The notes beneath the pieces were generated by a model that made no database searches, was not told where the DNA came from, and saw only the letters and a list, made by a program, of their open reading frames with translations. Shown one piece after another: positions 28,085-37,598 of a stretch of DNA of 64,000 bases. The first letter of the stretch is position 1. The number at the start of each line of letters is the position of its first letter. Source of the stretch: Candidatus Kaftiobacterium secundum (GTDB lineage: Bacteria > Sysuimicrobiota > Sysuimicrobiia > Sysuimicrobiales > Kaftiobacteriaceae); the NCBI GenBank assembly GCA_031459765.1, contig JAVKHY010000005.1, forward strand, positions 4,577 to 68,576, given 5' to 3'. The translations under genes and the position numbers were made by a program.

Positions 28085-28929
28085 TGCCGGATGCCTTCCG
28101 ACCGGAGATAGGTGACCCGACGCGGGAAGGGGATCTCGAGGCCCTCGCGGTCGAAGGCTTCCTTGAGGCGCACGCGGAGCTCGCGTTCCGCCTCCCAGTG
28201 CGCCATGGGCCGGACCATGACCACCAGGCGGATCTCCACCTGGGACTCGCCGAACCGCATCACGCCCTGGACCTCGGGAGGCTCCAGCACGATCTCCTTC
28301 CGCTCCTCGGCCCAGCGCCGTCCCACCTCCTCCATCACGCCCATCGCCCGGCGCAGGTCGGCCTCGTAGGCCACCCCCACGGTGACGATGGCCCGGCTGA
28401 AATCGCGATTCAGATTCCCGAAGAGGGTCAGCTCCCCGTTGCGGATGCTCCACAGTTCGCCGTTGTACTTGCGCACCAGCGTGGTGCGGACGTTGATCTG
28501 CTCCACGACTCCGGTGTGCTCGCCGACGACAATGACGTCGCCGACCCGGATCAGCCCCTCGGCCAGGATGAAGAACCCCGAGATGAGATCCCGGATGAGC
28601 TGCTGGGCGCCGAAGCCCACGGCCAGGCCCACCACGCCCGCGCTGGCCAGGATGGCCGCGATGTCCACCCCCACCTCCCGCAGGACCATGACCAGGGCGA
28701 TGAAGGCGACGACATAGCGGAGCAGCGACTCCACCAGGGGCCGCAGCGTGCGCGCCCGGGTCTCGTCGAGCAGACGGTCGCCCCGAGGCGCCAGGGCCCG
28801 GCGGGCGACGGAGGTGGCCAGGCGCATGACGACGGCGGCCCCGATCAGGATCAGGACGACAGACAGCAACGTCTCGCCCAGGGCCAGGAGCCCGGGGTGC
28901 TCGAGGAGGCGACCGGCGATCGGGTTCAC
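28081..28929 (-). CDS. mscS: Small-conductance mechanosensitive channel (MscS family)
   Basis: Three TM helices followed by the MscS beta domain (GDVIVVGEHTGVVEQINVRTT). The preferred start is GTG at 28929, which forms a GTGA overlap with the upstream small ORF. The longer ATG 29013 start is an alternative. Confidence 0.75.
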   Translation of the reverse strand: MNPIAGRLLEHPGLLALGETLLSVVLILIGAAVVMRLATSVARRALAPRGDRLLDETRARTLRPLVESLLRYVVAFIALVMVLREVGVDIAAILASAGVVGLAVGFGAQQLIRDLISGFFILAEGLIRVGDVIVVGEHTGVVEQINVRTTLVRKYNGELWSIRNGELTLFGNLNRDFSRAIVTVGVAYEADLRRAMGVMEEVGRRWAEERKEIVLEPPEVQGVMRFGESQVEIRLVVMVRPMAHWEAERELRVRLKEAFDREGLEIPFPRRVTYLRSEGIRQ

Positions 28930-29228
28930 GGCGCTCGGCGACTGCGGCGGGGCCGGTCCAGCAGTCGCAGGGCGGCCACCGCCGTGGGCAGCGAGATCGT
29001 CCCCAGGCGCCACCGGATGGCCCTGACCAGTTCGCCCCGGGACATCTCCGGCAGAGGAGGAGGAGGGCCGACCCAGGGCCGCGAGCGCTCCAGGAGGTCC
29101 AGCAGCTGTCGCTGCCGTCCGGCGGGCAGCCGGAAGGATTCGATTTTGATGCGCTCGCGGAGTTCGAGCAGCCGGCGGAGTTCACTTCCGCTCAGCGGTC
29201 TCGCCCGCGCCGGCCCCGTCTGCGGCAT
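28926..29228 (-). CDS. Small hypothetical protein (about 100 aa) translationally coupled to mscS
   Basis: ORF MPQTGPARARPLSGSELRRLLELRERIKIESF... with GC3>GC1>GC2 codon structure. Its stop overlaps the mscS GTG in the same 4-nt pattern used elsewhere in this window. Confidence 0.4.
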   Translation of the reverse strand: MPQTGPARARPLSGSELRRLLELRERIKIESFRLPAGRQRQLLDLLERSRPWVGPPPPLPEMSRGELVRAIRWRLGTISLPTAVAALRLLDRPRRSRRAP

Positions 29229-29309
29229 CAGGATGTCAACTTCGGCCCGCCCGCGGCTTCGGCCTGCCGGAACGCCGCGGCAGGGTGGCGGTGCCACCCG
29301 ACGAAAGGA

Positions 29310-30389
29310 GTGATGAGATCCATGAACCTCGCCGACCCGCGGGAGCGTCGGGCCCGGGATCCCTCCGGGATGCTGGAGCTCATCCTCCGTCTCCCCGAGA
29401 TGTGCGCCGAGGCGTGGGCGCTGCCGGTCCAGCCGTCCCCTCCGGCCCTGCGGCCGGCCCAGATCATCGCCCTCGGCATGGGCGGCTCGGGCATCGGGGG
29501 AGATCTGTTGCGTGCGGTCCTCCACGACGAAGCCTCGATGCCCGTGATGGCGATCAAAGAGTACCGTCCGCCGGCGTTTGTCGGTCCGGAGTGTCTGGTC
29601 TTCGCCTGCAGCTATTCGGGGAACACGGAGGAGACACTGGCCGCCTATGACGAGGCCTCGGCCCGGGGCGCGTCCTGCGTCGTCATCACCTCGGGGGGCG
29701 AGTTGCTGCGCCGGGCCGAGGCGCGACGGCATCCCGCCGTGGTCGTGCCACCCGGATTGCCGCCGCGCGCCGCGCTGCCCTACCTCTTCCTGCCGATGCT
29801 GGCGATCCTGAGCCGGGCCGGGATCGTGCGGTCCTTCGACGCGGAGGTCGGCGAGACCGTGGCGGGACTCCGGAGGATCCTGGGGCGCCTGGGGCCGGAG
29901 GGGGCCGATCCCGAAGCCCGCGCCCTGGCCGGGGCCCTGGTCGGTCGGATCCCCGTGGTCTACAGCTCCACCCCCTTCCTGGAGCCCGCGGCCCAGCGCT
30001 GGAAAGACCAGTTCAACGAGAACGCGAAGACCTTCGCCGTGTGGAACACCTTCCCCGAACTCAACCACAACGAAACGGTGGGCTGGGGGCTGGATCCCGC
30101 GCTGGCCCGGACCCTCTACGTCATCGTCCTCCGTGATCCCTCCGAGCCGGCGCGGCTGGCCCGGCGGGTGGAGATCACCAAGGATCTGGCCTTCCGGAAG
30201 GCCGCAGGGGTGGCCGAGGTGGCCGGCGAAGGCGAGGGCAAGCTGTGCCGGCTGATGTCGCCCATCGCCTACGGGGACCTGGTAAGCTGGTATTTGGCCC
30301 TGCAGCGCGGGGTCGACCCGACGCCGGTGGCGGTGATCGACGAGTTGAAGCAGCGGCTGGCGGCATCCGCCTCCGGGGGACCGCCGTAG
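29310..30389 (+). CDS. Bifunctional phosphoglucose/phosphomannose isomerase (SIS domain)
   Basis: SIS fold (IIALGMGGSGIGG) and a C-terminal PGI/PMI domain. Confidence 0.75.
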   Translation: MMRSMNLADPRERRARDPSGMLELILRLPEMCAEAWALPVQPSPPALRPAQIIALGMGGSGIGGDLLRAVLHDEASMPVMAIKEYRPPAFVGPECLVFACSYSGNTEETLAAYDEASARGASCVVITSGGELLRRAEARRHPAVVVPPGLPPRAALPYLFLPMLAILSRAGIVRSFDAEVGETVAGLRRILGRLGPEGADPEARALAGALVGRIPVVYSSTPFLEPAAQRWKDQFNENAKTFAVWNTFPELNHNETVGWGLDPALARTLYVIVLRDPSEPARLARRVEITKDLAFRKAAGVAEVAGEGEGKLCRLMSPIAYGDLVSWYLALQRGVDPTPVAVIDELKQRLAASASGGPP

Positions 30390-30451
30390 GGTCTCCGCCC
30401 GATGCAGGCCGGGCGCAATTCTGGTAGGGAAGAGTCCGGGAGGGGACGGAC

Positions 30452-31552
30452 GTGGCGAAAGTGCAGTTGGAGGGCGTGACCAAGAAATTCGGCGCGGTCA
30501 CCGCGGTCAACAACGTCTCGCTGGAGATTCCCGACAAGCAGTTCACGGTGCTGGTCGGTCCTTCGGGGTGCGGCAAGACCACGGCGCTCCGGCTGATTGC
30601 CGGGCTGGAGGAGGCCACGGCCGGGGACATCTACATCGGCGACCGCCGGGTCAACGACGTGCCGCCCAAGGACCGCGACATCGCCATGGTCTTCCAGAAC
30701 TACGCCCTTTACCCGCACATGTCGGTCTACGACAACATGGCCTTCGGGCTGCGCCTGCGCAAGTACCCGAAAGCCGAGATCGACCGGCGGGTGAAGGAAG
30801 CGGCGGAGATGCTGGGCATCGAGGGGCTGCTGGACCGCAAGCCCAAGCAGCTCAGCGGCGGCCAGCGCCAGCGGGTGGCCCTGGGGCGGGCCATCGTGCG
30901 CGAGCCGCAGGTGTTCCTGATGGACGAGCCCCTCAGCAACCTGGACGCCAAGCTGCGGGTGCAGACGCGCGCCGAGATCAAGAAGCTGCACGCCCGGCTG
31001 CAGACCACCACGGTCTACGTCACCCACGATCAGGTCGAGGCCATGACCATGGGCGACCGCATCGTGGTGATGAGGGACGGGATCGTCCAGCAGGTGGATA
31101 CGCCGCTCAACCTCTACGAGAAGCCGGCCAACCTGTTCGTGGCCGGGTTCATCGGCAGTCCGGCGATGAACTTCGTGGAGGCGAAGATCGTGGAGGCCGA
31201 CGGCGCCCTGCGGGTCCGCGCCGACGGCTTCCAGGTGGAGGTGCCCCGCGACCTGACCGGGGAGGTCCGGCCCTGGGTGGGCAAGCCGGTGATCTTCGGC
31301 ATCCGGCCGGAAGACATCCAGGATCGGGCCCTGGCCGCCTCGCCCAACCCGGCCTGGACGATCCGGGCGACGGTGGACGTCCACGAACCGCTGGGCTCCG
31401 ACGTCATCCTCTATCTGACGGCGGGAGCGCACTCCATCGTGGCCCGGGTGGACGCCCACACCCAGGCGAAGATGGGACAGGAGATCGAGGTGGTCCTCGA
31501 CATGCGGAAGATGCACCTCTTCGATCCCCAGACCCAGCAGGCCATCCTCTAG
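30452..31552 (+). CDS. Sugar ABC transporter ATP-binding protein (MalK/UgpC family)
   Basis: Walker A GPSGCGKTT, signature LSGGQRQRVA, Walker B FLMDEPLS and a C-terminal TOBE/MalK regulatory domain. Confidence 0.9.
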   Translation: MAKVQLEGVTKKFGAVTAVNNVSLEIPDKQFTVLVGPSGCGKTTALRLIAGLEEATAGDIYIGDRRVNDVPPKDRDIAMVFQNYALYPHMSVYDNMAFGLRLRKYPKAEIDRRVKEAAEMLGIEGLLDRKPKQLSGGQRQRVALGRAIVREPQVFLMDEPLSNLDAKLRVQTRAEIKKLHARLQTTTVYVTHDQVEAMTMGDRIVVMRDGIVQQVDTPLNLYEKPANLFVAGFIGSPAMNFVEAKIVEADGALRVRADGFQVEVPRDLTGEVRPWVGKPVIFGIRPEDIQDRALAASPNPAWTIRATVDVHEPLGSDVILYLTAGAHSIVARVDAHTQAKMGQEIEVVLDMRKMHLFDPQTQQAIL

Positions 31553-31562
31553 GGCGCGCCGG

Positions 31563-32480
31563 CTACTTCTTCTCCCCCCGGTCCCCCAGCAGGCCCGTGA
31601 GGGGCTCCAGGAGTTTGGTGAACTCCAGGGGGAAGATGAACTTCGTGCTCTCGCCCTGCCCCAGCGCCTTCAGGGCCTCGAAGTACTGCAGGGTGAGCGT
31701 CTTGCTGTCGATGTTCCTGGCCACGGCGAAGATCTTGTCCAACGCCAGGGAGAAGCCCTCGGCGCGCAGGATCGCCGACTGACGGTCGCCCTCGGCCCGC
31801 AGGATGGCGGCCTGCTTCTCGCCCTCGGCCACCTTGATCGCCGCCTCCCGCTTGCCGTCGGCCTCGGTGACCACGGCGCGCCGGGTGCGCTCCGCGGACA
31901 TCTGCCGGGTCATCGCCTCCTGCACCTCGCGCGGGGGCAGGATCTCCCGGATCTCCACGGTGGTCACCTTCACGCCCCAGCGCTCGGTGACCTCGTCCAG
32001 CTTGGCCCGCAGCACCTGGTTGATCTGCTCGCGCTTGGCCAGCACATCGTCCAGGCTGATGTCGCCCACCACGGCCCGCAAGGTGGTGGTGGCGATGCCC
32101 CGCGCCGCGCCGGCGAAGTCCGCCACCTGGATCACCGAGTACTCGGGGTTGAGGACCTTGAAGTAGATCAGGAAATCGATGTTGATGGGCGCGTTGTCCT
32201 TGGTGATACACGTCTGGGAGGGAATCTCCAGGAAGAACTCGCGCAGGTCCACCCAGACCGGACGGTCGACGATGGGGATCAGGAAGACCAGCCCCGGGCC
32301 CTTCTTCCCAATGGACTTGCCGAGGCGGAAGACCACCAGCCGCTGGTACTCGCGGACGATCTTGATCGCCGAGGTGAGGATGAAGAGCCCCACGATGATG
32401 ACGGCGACCACCAACGTCAACAGCGTCACGAAGGACATGCCCCCCACCTCCGGTCGCGCCGGATTCAACTCTGTTGTCAA
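31563..32480 (-). CDS. SPFH/band-7 (stomatin/slipin-like) membrane protein
   Basis: N-terminal TM helix followed by an SPFH domain (IKIVREYQRLVVFRLGK). Confidence 0.8.
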   Translation of the reverse strand: MTTELNPARPEVGGMSFVTLLTLVVAVIIVGLFILTSAIKIVREYQRLVVFRLGKSIGKKGPGLVFLIPIVDRPVWVDLREFFLEIPSQTCITKDNAPINIDFLIYFKVLNPEYSVIQVADFAGAARGIATTTLRAVVGDISLDDVLAKREQINQVLRAKLDEVTERWGVKVTTVEIREILPPREVQEAMTRQMSAERTRRAVVTEADGKREAAIKVAEGEKQAAILRAEGDRQSAILRAEGFSLALDKIFAVARNIDSKTLTLQYFEALKALGQGESTKFIFPLEFTKLLEPLTGLLGDRGEKK

Positions 32481-32558
32481 TTCCTTTCGGGCCCGCCGTC
32501 GGGATTCCCCCAGGGAGGCCGCAGGGTCGGGCCCGGGGCCTCGGGCGGCTCGTGGCGG

Positions 32559-33911
32559 TCAGACGGTGGCCAGGTCGATGCGGCGCTGGACGAAGTTGGT
32601 GTAGACCTCGCCCCGGCGGAAGAAGGCGTTGTCCAGGACCTGGAGGTGGAAGGGGATCGTTGTGGGCACGCCGGCGATGACGCACTCGGTCAGGGCCCGG
32701 CGCATCCGGGCGATGGCTTCGGCCCGGGTCGGCGCCCAGGCGACGATCTTGGCGATCAGGGAGTCGTAGTAGGGCGGGATGGTGTAGCCGCTGTAGACGT
32801 GGGTGTCCACGCGGATCCCGGGTCCGCCGGGGGGAATGAACTCGGTGATCGTACCGGGGGCGGGCCGGAAGTCCAGCCGGGGGTCTTCGGCGTTGATCCG
32901 GCACTCCAGGGCGTGGCCGTGGAAGGCGATCTCCCCCTGGGAGAAGGGCAGCGGTTCTCCCGCGGCGATGAGGATCTGCTGCTTGACCAGATCGATCCCG
33001 GTGACCATTTCGGTCACCGGATGCTCGACCTGGATCCGCGTGTTCATCTCCATGAAGTAGAAGTGACCGTCCCGGTCCACCAGGAACTCGACGGTGCCCG
33101 CGCCGGTGTACTCGATGGCGTGGGCGGCCCGCACGGCCGCCTTGCCCAGGGCCCGCAGGAACCGCTCGCGCAGCCCCGGCGGCGGGGTTTCCTCCAGCAG
33201 CTTCTGGTGCCGGCGCTGGATGGAACAGTCCCGCGCGCCCAGGTGCACGACGTTCTTGTGGGTGTCGGCAAGGATCTGGACCTCGATGTGCCGCGGTTCT
33301 TCCACGTACTTCTCGATGTAGACCTCCCCGCTGCCGAAGGCCGCTTCGGCCTCCGCCTGGGCGGTCTGCAGGGCGCGGCGCAGGTCGTCGCGGGTGTGGA
33401 CGACGCGCATTCCGCGGCCGCCCCCGCCGGCCGAGGCTTTGACAATCAGCGGGAAACCGATGCGTCTGGCCACCTCCAGGGCCTCGCCCTCGTTGCGCAC
33501 CGGGCCGTCGCTGCCGGGGATGACGGGCACGCCGGCGGCGCGCATCCGCTGCCGGGCCTGGGATTTGTTCCCCATTGCCGCGATGGCCTGGGGCGAAGGG
33601 CCGACGAAGGCGATGTTGACGTCCTGGCAGATCTCGGAGAAGTGGGGGTTTTCGGCCAGGAAGCCGTAGCCGGGGTGGATGGCTTCCACGCCCAGCAGCT
33701 CGGCCGTGCTCATGATGTTGGGGATGTTCAGGTACGACTCGGCGGCCGGCGGCGGCCCGATGCAGAACGCCTCGTCGGCCAGCCTCACGTGCAGGGCGTG
33801 GCGGTCGGCTTCGGAGTACACCGCGACGGTGCGGATGCCCAGTTCCCGGCAGGCGCGGATGACGCGGACGGCGATCTCGCCCCGGTTGGCGATCAGGAGT
33901 TTGCGGAACAT
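32559..33911 (-). CDS. accC: Acetyl-CoA carboxylase biotin carboxylase subunit
   Basis: ATP-grasp biotin carboxylase motifs ([38 protein letters not shown]). Confidence 0.9.
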   Translation of the reverse strand: MFRKLLIANRGEIAVRVIRACRELGIRTVAVYSEADRHALHVRLADEAFCIGPPPAAESYLNIPNIMSTAELLGVEAIHPGYGFLAENPHFSEICQDVNIAFVGPSPQAIAAMGNKSQARQRMRAAGVPVIPGSDGPVRNEGEALEVARRIGFPLIVKASAGGGGRGMRVVHTRDDLRRALQTAQAEAEAAFGSGEVYIEKYVEEPRHIEVQILADTHKNVVHLGARDCSIQRRHQKLLEETPPPGLRERFLRALGKAAVRAAHAIEYTGAGTVEFLVDRDGHFYFMEMNTRIQVEHPVTEMVTGIDLVKQQILIAAGEPLPFSQGEIAFHGHALECRINAEDPRLDFRPAPGTITEFIPPGGPGIRVDTHVYSGYTIPPYYDSLIAKIVAWAPTRAEAIARMRRALTECVIAGVPTTIPFHLQVLDNAFFRRGEVYTNFVQRRIDLATV

Positions 33912-33921
33912 CCCCCGCCGG

Positions 33922-34419
33922 TCACGCGCCGCCGGGCGCCGGTTCGATCAGGAAGAGGGGTTGGCCGTACTCCACGGGGGCGCCGTTCTCCACCAGGACC
34001 TTGGCCACGCGCCCCTGGAGTTCGGACTTGATCTCGTTGAAGAGCTTCATGGCCTCGATGATGCACACCGTCTGGCCGGCGTCCACCATGTCCCCCTCGT
34101 CCACATAGGGCGGGGCGTCGGGGCTGGGCGCGCGGTAGAAGGTGCCGACCATCGGGGCGGTAATCGGCTGCAGATGGTTGGCCGCGGCGATCGCGGATTC
34201 GGGAGGGGCCGCTTCGGCGGGCGGAGTGTCCCGTCCCGTCCCGGAGCCGGCGGCGGGCGCGGTGCCGGGCGCGGCACCGGGGGCGGCGCTCCGCAGAGCC
34301 TTCCTGACCAGCACCCGCAGGGTGGGGGACTCCACCTCCAGTTCGGCGATGTCCGCCTCGGCCGCCAGGCGGATCACAGCGCGGATCTGCTCGACGTCGA
34401 ACGCCTCGTTGTCGCTCAT
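33922..34419 (-). CDS. accB: Biotin carboxyl carrier protein
   Basis: C-terminal biotinyl domain with EAMKL(F) biotinylation motif. ATG at 34419. Confidence 0.85.
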   Translation of the reverse strand: MSDNEAFDVEQIRAVIRLAAEADIAELEVESPTLRVLVRKALRSAAPGAAPGTAPAAGSGTGRDTPPAEAAPPESAIAAANHLQPITAPMVGTFYRAPSPDAPPYVDEGDMVDAGQTVCIIEAMKLFNEIKSELQGRVAKVLVENGAPVEYGQPLFLIEPAPGGA

Positions 34420-35399
34420 GGACGCGGTCCGGCCGGCGCGCTCTCCTCCAGGACGCCGAGCCGGCGGAACTTCGCATACCTCCGATTCACCAGCTCCTGG
34501 GCCGGCACCTGTCGCAGCGCCTGCAGCTGCCGGCGCAGGGCCTCGCGGACCTCGGCGAACACCGCCTCCGGATCGCGCTGGGCCCCGGCGAAGGGTTCCG
34601 GGAGGACCTCGTCCACCACGCCGAGATCCCGCAGGTCGGCGGCGGTGAGGCGGAGCGCCGCGGCCGCCTCGGGGGCCCGGCTGGCGTCGTGCCACAGGAT
34701 CGCCGCGCACCCTTCCGGGGAGATGACGGTGTACACGGCATACTGCAGCATGAGGACCACGTCTCCGACGGCGATGGCCAGGGCCCCGCCGCTGCCCCCT
34801 TCGCCCGTGATCACCACGATCACCGGCGTCTGCAGGCGGCTCATCTCCTCGATGTTGCGGGCGATGGCCTCGGCCTGGCCCCGTTCTTCGGCCGCGTCCC
34901 CGGGAAAGGCGCCGGGCGTATCGACGAAGGCGATGACCGGCGCATGGAACTTCTCGGCCAGCTTCATGGCCCGCAGCGCCTTGCGGTAGCCCTCCGGATA
35001 GGGCATGCCGAAGTTCCGGGCGATATTCTCCTTCGTGTCCTTTCCTTTATGATGACCGACCACAACCACCGGCTGGCCTTCGAACCTGGCCAGGGCGGCA
35101 AACATCGCCGGGTCGTCGCGGAACAGGCGGTCGCCGTGCACCTCCAGGACATCGGTGAACAGGGCGGAGACGTAGTCCATCAGGCGGGGGCGCTGGGGGT
35201 GCCGGGCCAGTTGCACGATGTGCCAGGGGCTGGGATGGGTGTAGATGTCGCGGCGCAGCGCCTCCGCCCGTTCCTCCAGGACGGCAATCTCGCCGTTCAA
35301 GGGGAGGTTCTGTTCGCGGGCCAGACGCCGCAGACGCTCGATCTCCGCCTCCACTTCCCGCAGCTGGCGGTCCAGGTCGGCAGGGGCAGGGTCGGTCAT
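34416..35399 (-). CDS. accA: Acetyl-CoA carboxylase carboxyltransferase alpha subunit
   Basis: Crotonase-fold CT-alpha motifs ([24 protein letters not shown]). ATG at 35399 overlaps the accD stop. Confidence 0.85.
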   Translation of the reverse strand: MTDPAPADLDRQLREVEAEIERLRRLAREQNLPLNGEIAVLEERAEALRRDIYTHPSPWHIVQLARHPQRPRLMDYVSALFTDVLEVHGDRLFRDDPAMFAALARFEGQPVVVVGHHKGKDTKENIARNFGMPYPEGYRKALRAMKLAEKFHAPVIAFVDTPGAFPGDAAEERGQAEAIARNIEEMSRLQTPVIVVITGEGGSGGALAIAVGDVVLMLQYAVYTVISPEGCAAILWHDASRAPEAAAALRLTAADLRDLGVVDEVLPEPFAGAQRDPEAVFAEVREALRRQLQALRQVPAQELVNRRYAKFRRLGVLEESAPAGPRP

Positions 35400-36277
35400 G
35401 GCGGTGACGCTCCCTCGGTCGCGGCGGCCGGCTGCGGGAGCTCGCGGCGCGGCCCGCCGAAAAAGGCCAGCAGGGAGGCCAGGGTCCGCCGCATCTCCGC
35501 CCGCGGCACCACCATGTCGATCAGGCCTTTCTGCAGACAGAACTCCGCGGTCTGGAAGTCGTCCGGGAGTTTGCGCCGGATCGTCTGCTCGATGACCCGC
35601 CGGCCGGCGAACCCGATCATGGCGCCCGGTTCGGCGATGATGATGTCGCCCAGGAAGGCGAAACTGGCCGTCACGCCTCCCGTGGTCGGGTCGCACATCA
35701 CCGAGACGTAGGGCACGCCGCTGTCGTGGAGGCGGCCCACCGCCGCGGAGGTCTTGGCCAGCTGCATCAGGGACAGGGCGCCCTCCTGCATGCGCGCGCC
35801 GCCCGAGGCGGAGAAGATGATGAGGGGCAGCCGGGTCTCCCGGGCATACTCCGCCGCCCGGGCGATCTTTTCGCCGACCGCCGAGCCCATCGAGCCGCCC
35901 ATGAAATAGAAGTCCAGGGCGGCCACCACGGCGCGCCACCGATCGATCGTCCCCTCCCCCCAGATCACCGCCTCCGGCCGTCCGGTGCGCCGCCGGGCCT
36001 CCTCGAGCTTCTCGGCGTAGCCGGCGAACCGGAGCGGGTCGCCGGATCCGAGCCGGGCGTCGAACTCCGTGAAACCGCCCTCGTCCAGCGTGATGGCCAG
36101 GCGCTCCTCCGCAGAGAGGCGGTGGTGGTAGCCGCACCTGGGGCACACCCGCAGGTTGCGCTCCAGCTCCTTGCGGTAGATGAGGTTGGCGCACCGCGGG
36201 CACTTCGCCCAGATGCCGGCCGGCATCTCGCGGCGCTGCAGGGATCCGTATTTGGGACGCCGGAGCCAGTTGAGCAC
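35396..36277 (-). CDS. accD: Acetyl-CoA carboxylase carboxyltransferase beta subunit
   Basis: N-terminal zinc ribbon CPRCx14CPRCGYH and the CT-beta domain. Confidence 0.85.
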   Translation of the reverse strand: MLNWLRRPKYGSLQRREMPAGIWAKCPRCANLIYRKELERNLRVCPRCGYHHRLSAEERLAITLDEGGFTEFDARLGSGDPLRFAGYAEKLEEARRRTGRPEAVIWGEGTIDRWRAVVAALDFYFMGGSMGSAVGEKIARAAEYARETRLPLIIFSASGGARMQEGALSLMQLAKTSAAVGRLHDSGVPYVSVMCDPTTGGVTASFAFLGDIIIAEPGAMIGFAGRRVIEQTIRRKLPDDFQTAEFCLQKGLIDMVVPRAEMRRTLASLLAFFGGPRRELPQPAAATEGASPP

Positions 36278-36418
36278 AGACCGCCTCGCTCGATGCTCCC
36301 GTGAAGTCTCTCGATTATAGCGTACCGGCCGCCCGGAGAAACACCTTCACCGACGACGACCGCGTACCTTTCTCCTCCTTCCCGCCATCTGGTATCGTTA
36401 TTCCGAAGGAGGCGCAGC

Positions 36419-37597
36419 ATGAGGAGTCGCACAACGCCCGGCGCGTTGCTTACCCTGCTGATCATCACCATCGCCGGCTCCATTGTTCTCGGGAACACCG
36501 TGGTCCCGCGGTATCTGCCCGGTCTCGCCGACCGCGTGGCCGGCTCGCCGCCGACGGTTCCGGCGCCCCCGGCGGCCCCGCCCGTCACGGCGCAGCCCGC
36601 CCCGGCGCAGCCGGCCCCGGCGCAGCCCGCCCCGCCCGCATCTGCGCCCGGCGGCCCGTCCCCGCTGATCGGGGAAGAGGCGGCGATCATCCGGGTCGTG
36701 GAACGGGTCCGCCCCGCGGTGGTGAACATCGACACCGTGGCGCAGGTGCAGACCTTCTTCGGTGTCTTCCCGCAGCAGGGGGCCGGTTCAGGGGTGATCG
36801 TCAGCCCGAACGGCTACATCCTGACGAACAACCACGTCGTGGAAGGCGCGCAGCAGATCAAGGTGACGCTGCTGTCCGGCCGGACCCTGCAGGGAACGGT
36901 CGTCGGCACCGACCGGTTTTCCGACCTGGCCGTGATCAAAGTGGACAGCCCGGAGCCGCTGCCTGCGGCGCAGCTCGGCCGCAGCGGGGGGCTGCGGGTC
37001 GGGCAGATGGCCGTCGCCATCGGCAACCCCTTCGGACTCGGCCACACCGTGACCGTGGGCGTGATCAGCGCCTTGAACCGCAGCATTCAAGTCCCCGGAC
37101 TCCTCGTGGAGAACCTGATTCAGACCGACGCGGCGATCAACCCGGGCAACAGCGGGGGGGCCCTGGCCAACAGCGCCGGCGAGGTGATCGGGATCAACAC
37201 GGCCATCGTGCAGCAGGCGCAGGGGATCGGCTTCGCCATCCCCATCGATGCGGCCCGGGCGATCATGGACCAGCTGATCAGCCGGGGACGGGTGGTGCGG
37301 CCCTTTGTGGGGATCGCCTGGGGAGGCGACGTCGACGCCAGCATCGCCCGACAGTACCGGCTGCCCGTGGATCACGGCATCATCGTCCGCGAGGTGGAAC
37401 CGGGCAGTCCCGCCGCCCGGGCGGGGATCCGGCCGGGAGACATCATTGTCGCGGTCGGCGGCCGGTCCATCAACAACTGGAACGATTTCATCCGCGAGTT
37501 GTTCACAAAGCGACCGGGCGACCGCGTCCGGATCGAGCTGGTGCGCGACGGCCGTCGGCTGACGGTGGACGTGACGCTGGCCGAGCGCACGCAGTAG
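36419..37597 (+). CDS. HtrA/DegP-family serine protease with PDZ domain
   Basis: Trypsin-like catalytic motifs (TNNHVV, GNSGGAL) and a C-terminal PDZ domain. N-terminal TM helix and a Pro/Ala-rich linker. Confidence 0.85.
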   Translation: MRSRTTPGALLTLLIITIAGSIVLGNTVVPRYLPGLADRVAGSPPTVPAPPAAPPVTAQPAPAQPAPAQPAPPASAPGGPSPLIGEEAAIIRVVERVRPAVVNIDTVAQVQTFFGVFPQQGAGSGVIVSPNGYILTNNHVVEGAQQIKVTLLSGRTLQGTVVGTDRFSDLAVIKVDSPEPLPAAQLGRSGGLRVGQMAVAIGNPFGLGHTVTVGVISALNRSIQVPGLLVENLIQTDAAINPGNSGGALANSAGEVIGINTAIVQQAQGIGFAIPIDAARAIMDQLISRGRVVRPFVGIAWGGDVDASIARQYRLPVDHGIIVREVEPGSPAARAGIRPGDIIVAVGGRSINNWNDFIRELFTKRPGDRVRIELVRDGRRLTVDVTLAERTQ

Positions 37598-37598
37598 G

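Noticed and set aside
28929-29013. 29-codon N-terminal extension of mscS (MAPGDDLAAHGGG...)
   Set aside because: It is low-complexity and absent from the typical MscS family N-termini. An internal GTG start gives a canonical 4-nt overlap with the upstream small ORF. The long form is kept only as an alternative.
36278-36418. Possible TATAAT-like promoter (GATTATAGC) in the accD/htrA divergent region
   Set aside because: It is not a clean hexamer and there are no supporting -35 or TG elements. It is left unannotated.
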